From Paraspadella gotoi (Eukaryota; Animalia; Chaetognatha), in NCBI GenBank assembly GCA_051294375.1, contig CM119264.1, forward strand, positions 25,854,450 through 25,918,449: DNA of 64,000 nucleotides. Direction: 5' to 3'. A model generated the notes under the pieces. The model ran no database searches. It saw only the letters and a list, made by a program, of their open reading frames with translations, and was not told the DNA's origin. Of the stretch, positions 12,757 to 24,550 are shown one piece after another; the first letter of the stretch is position 1; every line of letters begins with the position of its first letter. Made by a program: the position numbers and the translations under genes.

Positions 12757-14227
12757 CGCTTTTAATTTTTCTCCCTTCCTTTATATGCATCTTTTTTCTC
12801 GAAAGAAAACATTTTCTTTCTCCCGTCTTCAGTTTTTTCTTTCGCAATTGAATCACATCCTCAGAAATCTTTCACATCGAACAGCGAACGAACATTTTCA
12901 CTTCCAATGACTAAACAGTCTAATTAAAAAACGACGAGAAAAGTGTCCGCTGATTTAAATTTACTATTTAGTTTGTATAAACAAAGCGCATATGCTCTCC
13001 CATTTTTCGCCGGCTCCTTTTTTCTATTTCTATTTTTTTTTTCGAGCCCCCGCCGTCTCCCTTTGTCTCACGCTCCATATGACAAGGGATTTGTGACAGG
13101 TTGTCACAAATTTCGGTCTTTGCTTCCTCATCTTTTTCTTTCCCCTGTCGTCTTTCGGCGACGCAAAGAAAAAAATGTTCCGCGACAAAGCTGCAAAAGC
13201 TTGTAACTTGCGTTCGTAAGAAAACATACGTTTCTTCTGGATGAAAAATACGTAGCTTCGGCCTTACAGCATTTGATACCAATGCTACTCGATTGCTAGT
13301 TACATTTAGTTACAATTAGTTTTATTAACATACTAGTGTGGTGGTATCTTCACACCGCCTCACGTCCACCATCGTTCACTCAGAGGGGGAACGCACGTCC
13401 TAACGACTTCCCTCTGCGTTAGCAAAGCGAGACCGTCTTAGGGTAACCGCGCCAGTGGCAGGAGGCTTCAATGAGGGTCGGAAGCCCTCAAAGCCAACAG
13501 TGAGATGCCCCATCCAAATGGGCATCACAGGCAACCCGGCTGTTACCATACTAGTCTTAAATTCGGCGAATAAATACGTGCGTAAATAGTAATCATTCAA
13601 ATTAATGTTTAATTGATAATTTATTCTCTCTTAACTTAACTCAGATGCGACAAAGAGGAATGCCTCTACACAACGACGCTGCTGTGTTCGCGATATTTGA
13701 GTCCGGATTGCGAGAACGGGGCGGACCAGTGGACGGCCATGTGCGACAACATGTGTCCGGACAAAAAGGTTTGCTCGTACTCATTGGTGTGACGTTGAAT
13801 CGGCCCGAGTAAAGTGGTGTTGTGTGGAGCTTAGTTGAGTGGGTGGGTTGACAATTTAATAGAGTTCGCTACACTTGGTAGAATTTTAGGTTAGTTTGAA
13901 TTAACAATAAATCGAAATGAATGCAATATCTCATTAATTAATATCAATTATGAAATGAAAGATATTTGGAGAGACAATTGTTATTCCCCCTCCTTCACTT
14001 TTTTCCCAAAGATTTCTCTATATTTTTATTTTTTTTCTTCCCTAATTCATTCTTTCTTTTTAATTCGATTATTTTTTTTAATTCTTTTTTTTTGGAATTC
14101 ATCGTCTTCCATCGAGGGAAAAAGATGAGATCTCGAAGGAACGACATTTTCATAACTTTTTTGTTGCATAATTGAAAATGATTTTTTGTTACTTCTTTTC
14201 CTCATCTGCATTTTTTATCTCAGTTTT

Positions 14228-14269
<42 letters not shown>

Positions 14270-17200
14270 TCCTTCAGCTAAAAAAAGAGAAAAATGACAA
14301 TTAAAGAGATGTCGCTGGAATTCGTTGCCTCATTCATCAACTTTCTTACAATTTCTCAAGAATAAACATTGCAGCCTTAAAAACTATTTAAATAACCTAT
14401 TGTATAATCTATGAAAAAAGTTTATAAATATACAAAAGTAGACATTGAAGTAGAAATAAAAATTTCAAATTTTTTCTCTAATAAAAAAGTAATATAAAAA
14501 GTATTTAATGGCGAATTTTCGTATTCCAAGACGTGACGGCTCCATATTGAATCTACGTTTCATTTTCCTTGAGAGGAAATAATTGTCTCCTAGAAAAAAA
14601 ATCCTTCTGTCGGCAAAAACACATGTGACTGCATTTTTTTCCTTTTTGATTTCTTTCTTTTCTTTTTTTTTTTTTCTTATCTTTTTTATGGATGAAATTA
14701 AAAGTGACGATACCAAATCTTTCGAAGGAATGAAAAACGTCAAAGGTTTTTTTTTTTAGTTTAAAGATACGAATTAATGAAATAAATAATCAAAGTCAAC
14801 TGATGTATTTTTCATATAATTGTTACAATACCTAAGTTACAACCACTATGAGAATTATTTTTTATGATATTGTTAAGTGATGAATTAATGATATTTGAGA
14901 AAAAATTAGGTTCAGACTTTAGTTTTTTTTCTTTTTTTTTTTAAACATTTGTGAAGCAAATACATAGGGAAAAAATAAATATTGTCAAAAAAGTCGCTTT
15001 TATCGATATTTTATTTAGGTGGGCAATCGCACAGTGAAAAGCTTCAAATGTGGCGAAGGAATCTGCGAAGAGGATTTCCTCAAATGGTGTAATGGAGTCG
15101 TTGATTGCGAGTCAGGCATCGGTAAGGGGATTGTCAGGCATCGGTAAAGAGGGATTGTCAAGGCATCGGTAAAGGGGGATGGCAGGCATCGGTAAGGGGA
15201 TTTCGTCAGGTCATCGGTAGGGATTGACGGCATTGGTAAAAGGGATTGTACAGGCATCGGTAGGGGGATTGGTCACCGGGGCCATCGGTAAAGGGGAATT
15301 GTCAGGCATCGGTAAGGGGATTGTTCAGGCATCGTAAGGGGATTGTCAGGCATCGTAAGGGGATTGTCAGGCATTGGTAAGGGGATTGACAGGCATTGGT
15401 AAAGGGGATTGACAGGCATCGGTAAGGGTTGTCAGGCATCGGTAAGGGATTGTTAGGCATCGGTAAGGGGATTGTCAGGCATCGATAAGGGGATTCAGGC
15501 ATTCGGTAAGGGGATTGTCAGTGCATTCAGTAAGGGGATTGTCAGCATCGGTAAGGGGATTGGCGGGCGTCGTTAAAGGGATTGTCAGGCGTTGGTTAGG
15601 GAACTGTTGGGCACGGGTAAAGGGATTGGCAGGCGTCGGTAAGGTGATTGTCAGGCGTTTGTTAGGAAATTGTCGGGCGTCGGTAATGGGATTGTCGGGT
15701 CTCGGTAAGGGGATTGTCTGGCGTTGGTATAATGCTATGTAGAATATTGTTTTTAAATTTGTCGCTCTTTAACATGAGCTATATAAGAATAGCTGTGTAA
15801 TTTATGTAGAGCGGCACAATTAGTTATCATATGGTCACGAATAGAAAACACTAAAGACTAAAATACAGTAAAGAAAACAGAAAGAAACAAAACAAAGAAT
15901 GACAAACAAACGACTAAAAACGAACGTCACCGAACGACTTCGTCAGACGTCATTCCACGCGGTCACGTCGTCCCGGAAACTCGGAACAAATTCAATCGTT
16001 TGACGTCCGCACTGAATTTCACTGAATCAACAATCCAGGCACAAAACGTCCATTAAAACATGGAGGCCTGTCGATAATCTCTCTCTCTCTCTCTCTCTGT
16101 TGACTCTCACATTCTCCTAACCCAACCCTTACTCCTTCCCCTCAGACGAAGCTCATTGCAATTGCACCGCCAACCCAGTTGATTGTTCGCAAGATTGGAA
16201 AAACAGGTGAACTGAAAGAGAGAAAAAAAGAAGTAAGCCGATCACAAAACGGTTTTGTTGTCGTTGTTGTTTTTGTTGTTGTTTTTTTCCCTATCAACGG
16301 CGGTCAAACTCGACGGGATTTTCTCTCCCAAAAAAAATCCAATTCCCATTTTGTTTTTTTTTTTTTTTGTGTTTTTTGTTTTGTTTTCATAGTTTTTATG
16401 AGATTGAATCGGCTTTTCAGGCGATAACTGCAACTCGTAATTTGACCTCAAATATTTTCTTTTGAGTTCTAAAGTTTTTAACATTTTAAAACCTCTTTCA
16501 CATTGACGTTTATATGAAATTGGTACAACCAATGAAGAAGATTCCTTGGGGGTTTCTCAGTTTCAGATGAGAACATTGTTTGAGCAGTGCTTAATCTCGA
16601 CTTAATATTAACTCAATCCATACATCAAAAGATAAAAATAGAATAATAACTTTATTAAGTATTCAATATCCAATAATCATTGAAAAACATGCATCAGAAT
16701 GACAGAGCCAAAATGCAGCAGCAGCAGTAGAGCCGATACGCAGCAACAGTAGCACCGAGATGCAGCAACAGAACCGAGACGCAGCATCAGTAGCAGCAGA
16801 GCCGAGACGCAGCAACAGCTCAAAGCTACATAAAAGCTTAAAATTAATTACCATATTCAAATAATTTCACAAATATCATTTAATACCTGATGGTCTCAGA
16901 GGAATCTCCCAAAAATTAAGAATTTACTCTCCTTTTATATACAAGGACACAATTATTACAACCAATGAGAGGAGAATTCACATTTTAAGAATAAGATAAA
17001 CATCTACTAGTTATTATTAACCAATGAGAGACCAGATATTCAAATTCAAGGTATAAAATTCAACCAATTATAGGCTTTAAACAGAACTATTGGAGTCATT
17101 CAATTAAACCTCAAAATCAGATATTTGAACCATTAAAAAATAAAAGGTCAGGGCTCAATTCAGATAAAAATCTTTATAAACTCTTTAACAACCAATATAT

Positions 17201-17544
17201 CTTATTTCTTTATTATATCCACAGGCGAGAGAGCGATCATTTGGAAATCATAATCCCCATCGCAGTCCTCGGCGGACTCGTGCTATTGGTCCTCCTCTAC
17301 ACATTTTGCAATTACTGTTGCCAGTAAATCACTGTTTTCTTTCTCAACTATTTTTGCTTTACTTCCTTTAATACGTAATTGCCAGAGTGATTGCCAAAGA
17401 AAGCGGGTTTCATGGTAAAATCTATTGTCTTCGTTTATTTAATTCATTGATAAATAATAAATTTTTAGACAATGCGACTCTGAAGATTCGGACGAAAGCG
17501 AAAACATTGAACTGCGTAAAGAGGATTACGATTCGACCAAATGA
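12246..17544 (+). CDS. Type I membrane protein with two LDL-receptor class A modules (CD320/LDLRAD-like architecture), 189 aa, 6 exons
   Basis: Exons 12246-12352, 13645-13768, 15019-15121, 16146-16206, 17225-17323, 17469-17544; all GT-AG with consistent phases 2,0,1,2,2. Protein: MRIESMILTTTLVACVALASGGITWYCGDQERDKFRCDKEECLYTTTLLCSRYLSPDCENGADQWTAMCDNMCPDKKVGNRTVKSFKCGEGICEEDFLKWCNGVVDCESGIDEAHCNCTANPVDCSQDWKNRRESDHLEIIIPIAVLGGLVLLVLLYTFCNYCCQQCDSEDSDESENIELRKEDYDSTK*. FKC..GIC....WCNGVVDCESGIDE..C is the LDLa pattern. Confidence 0.88.
13338..13546 (+). mobile_element. 209-bp GC-rich structured insertion with 9-bp TSD, possibly derived from an RTE-clade LINE 5' UTR
   Basis: CATACTAGT at 13329-13337 and 13547-13555. 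Internal hairpins CAGAGGG/CCCTCTG, TGAGGG/CCCTCA, GGCTT/AAGCC, GATGCCC/GGGCATC and GGTAAC/GTTACC. The RTE resemblance is from memory and was not searched. Confidence 0.6.
15103..15728 (+). repeat. 22-bp minisatellite (GTAAGGGGATTGTCAGGCATCG), roughly 27-28 units, starting at the exon 3/intron 3 junction of the LDLa gene
   Basis: Directly visible tandem units. Proximal units are near consensus; distal ones (about 15560-15728) are more diverged. Confidence 0.95.
16533..17190 (-). mobile_element. Solo LTR copy 1 (658 bp), in intron 4 of the LDLa gene
   Basis: TG...CA termini (minus strand TGTTAAAGAG...CTTCTTCA); 5-bp TSD ACCAA (16528-16532 and 17191-17195). CCAAT boxes, then TATA-like (~16935) and AATAAA (~16651) in U3-R-U5 order on the minus strand. 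Closely matches 47634-48310. Confidence 0.85.
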
Positions 17545-18072
17545 CGTCATTCATTGAACTCACTCAATTAGTTTTCGTAGCTAGAAACCCCTTGGATTTA
17601 GTGACAGTATAATTATACTTAGTATATAGTACGTAATGAATGTCTTGTCTAGTTTTTAATTGTAAGAATGAAAATCGACGAATATAATTTATTGCGCATG
17701 TATATCTTTAATTTTTTACTTAAACAATTCATTTGGGTCGCGGTCGACGTATTTTTCGTCTTTGTCATCATTATCGTCGTCGTTATCTTCGTCGTTGTCA
17801 TTCAACGTCTTCAACGCGCGAGGTGAACGACGGGAGAATCTCATCCTGTGTCACGTGATACGTGTCACGTGTCAGTTATTTTTTTCTTTCTTTTTCTTTC
17901 TTTATCTTCTGTTTTTTCTATAAAAAAAAAGTCTTGATTAAATTTTATTCGAACGTTTCATCGTTTTCAAAAGGAACTAAAATTCTGATAACAAATTCTA
18001 AACAATTTTAAACAAATTAGATACATCACAGCATTTACAAACAATCAAGTCGAAGTATGTAAGAATGTATGC

Positions 18073-18200
<128 letters not shown>

Positions 18201-18366
18201 TCATTTTCTCTTTTTCAGAATTCCATTCATGTTCCTTTAGTTTTTGCCGATTCTTCAGCTTGCAGCTGCAGAGTTTTTCATTTTCATCATCTCCTGCTGA
18301 TCACGTCCTGCTGCAGTCGCGGCAGCCGCCCGCCGCATTTTTCTTTATATCGAGGATCTTTTTCTG

Positions 18367-18380
18367 GTTTCCATGGATAC
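18367..18380. promoter_or_regulatory. RFX-binding X-box upstream of the ciliary gene
   Basis: GTTTCCATGGATAC (reverse complement GTATCCATGGAAAC) fits the X-box consensus RTHNYYWTRRNRAC. It lies ~490 bp upstream of the ATG and just before a putative 5' UTR exon (donor AG|GTAATA at 18479). Confidence 0.7.
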
Positions 18381-18870
18381 AATCACGCATCACACATCAA
18401 CGAAGACTACGAATTCGAACCGACAGAAAATCCTATATTTTTTTTATTTAAAATTCAATTATTTTAACCATTAAATAGGTAATAGTATTTACTGGTTTGC
18501 CATTTTTTTAAAATGATCAAATATTTAAAACAACCTTTTTTTTCGAATTTTTAAAAATATTATACACCCTTTTTTTTAAATAAACCTTATTATTTTGTTT
18601 CAATTCAAATCATTTAATGTTTATAAACATTGCAAATGATTTTATATTTAAAAGTTAATCTTTTGAAATAATATTTTACGCGAAACTAAATCTCCGTATT
18701 TAGTGACATTATGTTTTCTTCTAATCAATATTTGCGTTCCATTTTTTGAATCTCTTTCACGTCTTCGTCTTTAGTCTTTTCACCAAATCATTCACCCATT
18801 CACACTTGTATCCATCTGCTCCGTAAATCACCTATCTCCTCCTCATCTATTCCCCATCTGATTCCCGCAG

Positions 18871-20062
18871 ATGGCGCCAACGCGGCGAGTGGAATTCCCC
18901 GACGGCGCCAGCGATTTGGAAGAGACGGCGGAGAGAGAGACGCTGGCTGCGCTGCAGCGTCGATGTCGGAGGGAAGAGGTGAGGTTGGGGTGAGGAAAAG
19001 TTGTTGTTGAATTCAATGAGGTTTATTAAATCTCGCTTTCGAAAAAAAAAAACTAATAGTTGATAATAATAGTGTATACGCATAAATCTATATGCATATT
19101 TATTTACCCCCATTTTTATTCATATATATTTTATGATATTTTGTTCCTGACAATCCTTTTTTTCTTTCATTTATGATTGTATTCAATAGTCTTTGATTAT
19201 TTAATAATTCATTCAACTGATAACTTTTCAAATGATTGAGTGTTTCATTCATTCATTCCGCTTTTTCATTCATTCATTTCATTCATTCCATTCAATCATT
19301 CATTCATTCCAGTCCGCGAGAGTGACCCTATCCCGCTCCACCGAAGACGAGATCCGACGACAAGAGAGAGAGATCGCTCAACTGGAGCAAGAGAAGGACT
19401 CCATCTTGGAGGACTTGACTGTAGCGAAACGGACTGAGAGGAGCAACGAGGAGACCGCGACCGAATTGAGAAAGTTGATCCTCAGAAAAGTCGAACTGGA
19501 CAAGAAGATCGAAAAGGTGAGGTTCCTTTCGGCCGAACATGTCGTCGGGTAAGTTAATGTCGGGTAAGGTCGCGTCTCGTCGACTTTGACTTTCAATGAA
19601 GAACACAACGTCATCTTTCCCCGATGCTCCCGACTCTCTCTCCCCCCCATCACACAGGAGCGAGCCCAGACTCGCTCCGTGGACGCCTCGATCCGCGCGG
19701 TGTGGTCGAAGATCGAATCGGCGAAGAAGACGCGTCTTCCTTCGCCGCTCGAAGCCAAGAACAAAATCAAGAAGAAGAAAATCGTCGTGGACCGAAAATC
19801 CGATCTTTGTTTGTCGAGACTCGGCGCCGCTTTGGCCGAGAGCAAGAGGCTGAGGAGAGAGATCGACGAATTTAGGTGAGGGGAGAAGAAAAGGGGGATG
19901 GGGGGTGGAAGGGGGAGGTGGGGAAAAAAGAGGCGAGTTAAAGTGTGAGAGGGGAAGGGGACATGAAGGAGTTCGATGATTCTAATTGAGGGAGAGGGAA
20001 GAGGAAGGAATAGGAAAAAGAAAAGAAAAGGGAAAAAAGAAAGAAAGAAAGAAAGAAAAGAA

Positions 20063-20114
<52 letters not shown>

Positions 20115-21429
20115 AAAGAAAAGAAGAATGAAAGAAAGAAAAGAAAGAAAGAAAGAAAGAAAGAATGAAAGAAAGAAAGAAAGCAAAGCGAGGATGGGGT
20201 TGGGAGAATGGAAAGAAGGAGGAATGGGCGGTCATAGGTCGAAGAGTACGGAAAGAGGATGAGAGGGAAATTAGATGTTGGTGGCTAAGCGATGAAAATA
20301 GAAGGTACTGACCAGTGATGATTCTGGTGATGCGAGGAAATAGGGAAGGTGAAACCAAGATATTTGCTTAGACTGTTGTTCGAGAGGGGACAAAAAAAAA
20401 AGAGGCCGTGAGGTTGACCCCATAACTTTTTAATTTTCCTTCTAGGTGGAACAAGTCAGTCTATCTTCGTCGCCGCGAGAAGTTGGAGCAACACTTGACG
20501 GCGCTGATGGAGGCGAAGAACGCCATTCTCGATCTCTCCATCAACACACACAGAGAGCGAGAGGTGCGAAGAGAAATGTTGTTCTTTACCCTATAACAGA
20601 AAATGTACTAATGCGCCCACAATGATCCACGAATCCACGATCGTCCACAATCCTATCCCCACAGGAGTTCAACCAGCGCGCGGAGCACATCAAGGAGCGA
20701 AGCGGACATCACCGTCGTTTCTTCGAACTGGAGATGCAAGAGTTGACGAGACTCTTGGCGCACGAGGATTCGTTGAGGGAGTTCATGCTGGCGAAGACGA
20801 GACCGAGAGAAGAGGACAAGGCCGTCAGGCAGAAGATGGAAAAGGTCAGTTGGAGAATCAGGTTGGTGCCAATGTGGAGGTTTAATTGCGCAATGAGACT
20901 GAGAGGAAGCTTCATTGTACCGTCGTCATTTGGTTCCAGCCCTTATTCCGAAGCGACTCCAAAATTATCGATCTAGAGACTGTAACAATTACAATATTTT
21001 TATGCCAATTCCCTTTAAAATTGTGCAAAATTTTACAAATAATTCCAAACTCATCTTATCTTTGTTTTTATTCATATTTAACATTACGTTAATTTCAATT
21101 TAATATTTTCATTCTTTTTTTATCATTCATTTCCTCTATACCCCATCGCAGGAGGCTGAGGAGCGACAAAAGCGCCTCCTCTCGGCGTCACAACCGACGC
21201 CGCTCGAACTGGAGTCTTTCTTCATCGACCTTCAAGTCAAAACCGGCGCGGTTTCCATCGACGCCGCCGTCGAGGCCGTCGAGGATCGAGAGATGGCGTC
21301 GTTCGCGAGATTCAATCTCGTCAACGAGATGGCGGCGACAGAGCAGAGATTGAGGGAAGAGGTAAAGGGAGTGTTTGATTGATTAATTGATTGATTGATT
21401 GATAGATAAATAGATAAACAGATAGATAA

Positions 21430-21511
<82 letters not shown>

Positions 21512-22168
21512 GTCAACAGTAAATTGCTTGTCGTTGAATAATTATTTACATTATCAACCAATTTAATAATTGATTTATTTAAATCTTAATCTCCAGGTTG
21601 AGGACCTCAATTTAAAAATTGGCCGCCAGACCTCCGAGGACAGCGCCACCGCCGCCGCTCGAGAAGAAGAGCGTCTTCGCCTGGAGTCGGCGTCGACCGC
21701 CTTCGACGAGGAGTTGGAATCGCTTCGAGTCCGCGTCGCCGAAGCCGCTTCCTTGGAGGACGACCTTCTCGGCGCCGTCGAAGGCTCCTGCCGGGCGCTG
21801 CGCTGTGGAACCGGCGCCGCTTTCGACTCCGCGCTGGGCAACCGAGAGCGCCGCGTCAACGCCTACAACGTCCTCTCTTTCCTCGGGGCGTTCGATGAAC
21901 GCGCTACGCAGACGCTACGCGCCAAGGCCTTTCTGGAGGTGCGGGAGGCGGCGACGTCGGCGGCGGCCGCCGGAGAGTCGACGCCCGGATTGAGTCCTCA
22001 AGCGTCGGCCAAAGGAGGCGGCGTCAATCGACAACGAACCTTCGAGGATTTGGAGCAATCCTTGGACAGGAAGTTGGAGGTGGTTGACAAGGAGGTGGAG
22101 GAGGAAAAGGTGTTGCCGATGAAGGTGAGAAATTTGTTTGGGCAGATCGGCATCGTGATCGTCATCAA

Positions 22169-22239
<71 letters not shown>

Positions 22240-22785
22240 AGCAGTCGCCGATCTCAATCACGTGACCACGACTCGTAGGTGAAGGCCCCGGATCTGGGGG
22301 ACGTGGAAGACGACGACGACGACGACGTCGACGAGGGATTCGAAGACGCGGCGATGACGTCGCCGAAGTCGACGATGACGTCGTCGCCTTTGAATCGAGA
22401 CGCGTTGAGGCAGAGGGCGCTGGAGTCGATTAAGAGAAGGGAGAAGGAGGACGCCGAGAGGTATGCATGACCGTTTTTTATTTATTTTCTGGATAAAGCG
22501 ATAAGGTGAACCTAGGCAATGCCCGACTACAATTTATCAATTGCTTTTTTTCTTGTTTTTAATTATCTAATTTTGTTAATTTAATTATTTAATTATTGAT
22601 TGATTGATTGACTAATTAATCGATCGATTGATTGATTAATTCATTTCTCAATCAATCAGAGCTGCCCAAGAGCAAGAGTTGGCCGACGCCGACCGACTCC
22701 GTCAACAAGGATCCCACGACAAAACGCGAGAGATCGCCTCCGCCTTCGGTCTCGACATCGACGACGGCGGCAGCTTCATAGGCGT

Positions 22786-22819
<34 letters not shown>

Positions 22820-22948
22820 AGTCTCGGCGCAGGAGGCAGCGGTTACGCTGGCGGCCGCTCGCCGAGGTCCTCCGGTTCTCGGTTGTCCGAAATGAGAAAG
22901 AGCACGATGCCCTCGAGTTACGCCTCGTCCTCCTACAGCGGACATTGA
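18871..22948 (+). CDS. CCDC63/ODAD1: Outer dynein arm docking complex coiled-coil subunit, CCDC63/ODAD1(CCDC114) family, 678 aa, 9 coding exons
   Basis: Exons 18871-18978, 19313-19516, 19658-19875, 20446-20563, 20665-20844, 21152-21361, 21597-22124, 22279-22460, 22660-22948; all GT-AG, open frame throughout. Family-like segments: EIRRQEREIAQLEQEK, LRREIDEFR, EMQELTRLLAHEDSLREFMLAK, EDREMASFARFNLVNE, NVLSFLGAFDERATQTL, PLNRDALRQRAL. Confidence 0.88.
20020..20183. repeat. (GAAA)n microsatellite in intron 3 of the CCDC63/ODAD1 gene
   Basis: Direct reading. Confidence 0.95.
21376..21511. repeat. (GATT)n-(GATA)n microsatellite in intron 6
   Basis: Direct reading. Confidence 0.95.
22169..22239. 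repeat. (CAT)n microsatellite in intron 7
   Basis: Direct reading; source of the poly-I and poly-M ORFs. Confidence 0.95.
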
Positions 22949-23287
22949 GGAGGGAGATGAGGACGAGGACGACGACGATGAAGACGACGAGAATGACTAC
23001 TACGACGATGACGATGATAAAGAAGATGCCGACGAAGATTAATATGTAGACGATAACGAAGACAACGACGAGGATGACGACGAAGACGACGACAACAACA
23101 AATGAAAAAAAATATGTAAATGCCAAAAATTGCGCGTGATTTAGTGTCCCTTATTGCATTTTGTTTCGTGACTATTTTCTCGTCGACTGAGCCGAAATGA
23201 ATTATTTGTGATGGGTGATTTTGTAGAAGAAAAAAAAACAAATAAATGAAAAAAAAAATTAAATAAATTAAAAAATATATAAAAAAG

Positions 23288-23311
23288 TAAATAAATAATA
23301 AATAGATAAAA

Positions 23312-23390
<79 letters not shown>

Positions 23391-23443
23391 ATATATAAAT
23401 AAATAGATAAAAAAGTAAATAAATAAATAAATAGATAAAAAAG

Positions 23444-23474
<31 letters not shown>

Positions 23475-23558
23475 ATAGTTAAAAAGTAAATAAATAAATA
23501 AATAAATAGATAAAAAAGTAAATAAATAAATAAATAAATAATTAAATAAACAAATAAA
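23288..23558. repeat. (AAAT)n array downstream of the CCDC63/ODAD1 3' UTR
   Basis: Direct reading; contains many overlapping AATAAA hexamers. Confidence 0.95.
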
Positions 23559-23946
23559 AAAATTGATATATCTTTTTAGAAATCTCTCCCTTTATTTTTC
23601 TCTCTCTCAACTTGAGCGAGCGACGTGATAAAACAAACTCGATGGATTTTATTGAGTGGATGCGAATTTTATCGAGAATCCGTAGTTTCGCCGCAAATGC
23701 TTTGATGCCTCAGAAATCGGATATCGGGTTATCGAAGATAAATAAGACGATGACGACGAGCGAAACGAATGAATTTGATAATACATAGAGTGTACATAAA
23801 ATACATAAATTAAGTAGATATTTATTTTTTTATGAATGATTTGTTACGGAAAGTAATCGTATGTAATTCAACGTAACGTTCATAATGACGATGGCCGCTG
23901 CTTTCCCTGCTTTATTTTCATTAAGTAAAATGAATGTTAGTTTTGT

Positions 23947-24028
<82 letters not shown>

Positions 24029-24511
24029 CATTTTTTCTCTGTTTCTCTCTCGCCAACCGCGGGTTCGGAATGGAAACCACAGACGTTAAAACCCGTAAAC
24101 AACGACGCTAATAAAGCCGACGGTGTCGTTCACGACAACAACAACAAGAACAACAACAACAACCCCTACGACGACGAACGACGACGAAGACAAAGATGAA
24201 CGACGCATTCTTAAGCAGGAAGAATGTCAACCTCGAGGCAGTGATCCATGAGTGCGAGGCCGGTGAAGATGACGACGACGACGGCGACGACGACTGAGAC
24301 CACGACAACGAAAAAAAAAGGAGTCCAGAAACGAAGGCAAGAAAGACCACGACAACAATGACGACGACGACGACAACAAAGACGACGACAACAATGACGA
24401 CGACGACGACGACAAAAACGAAGACGTCGACAATGATAAAACAATGATGACAACATCAAATCCCACTGACAAGAACGACATTGACAATCAAGACAAAGAC
24501 GAAGGACACCA

Positions 24512-24550
<39 letters not shown>

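Noticed and set aside
15103-15728. CRISPR-like array
   Set aside because: Head-to-tail units with no unique spacers, inside a eukaryotic intron, and no cas genes.
19378-20358. 326-aa minus-strand ORF
   Set aside because: Antisense shadow of real exons 2-3 plus a (TTTC)n tract.
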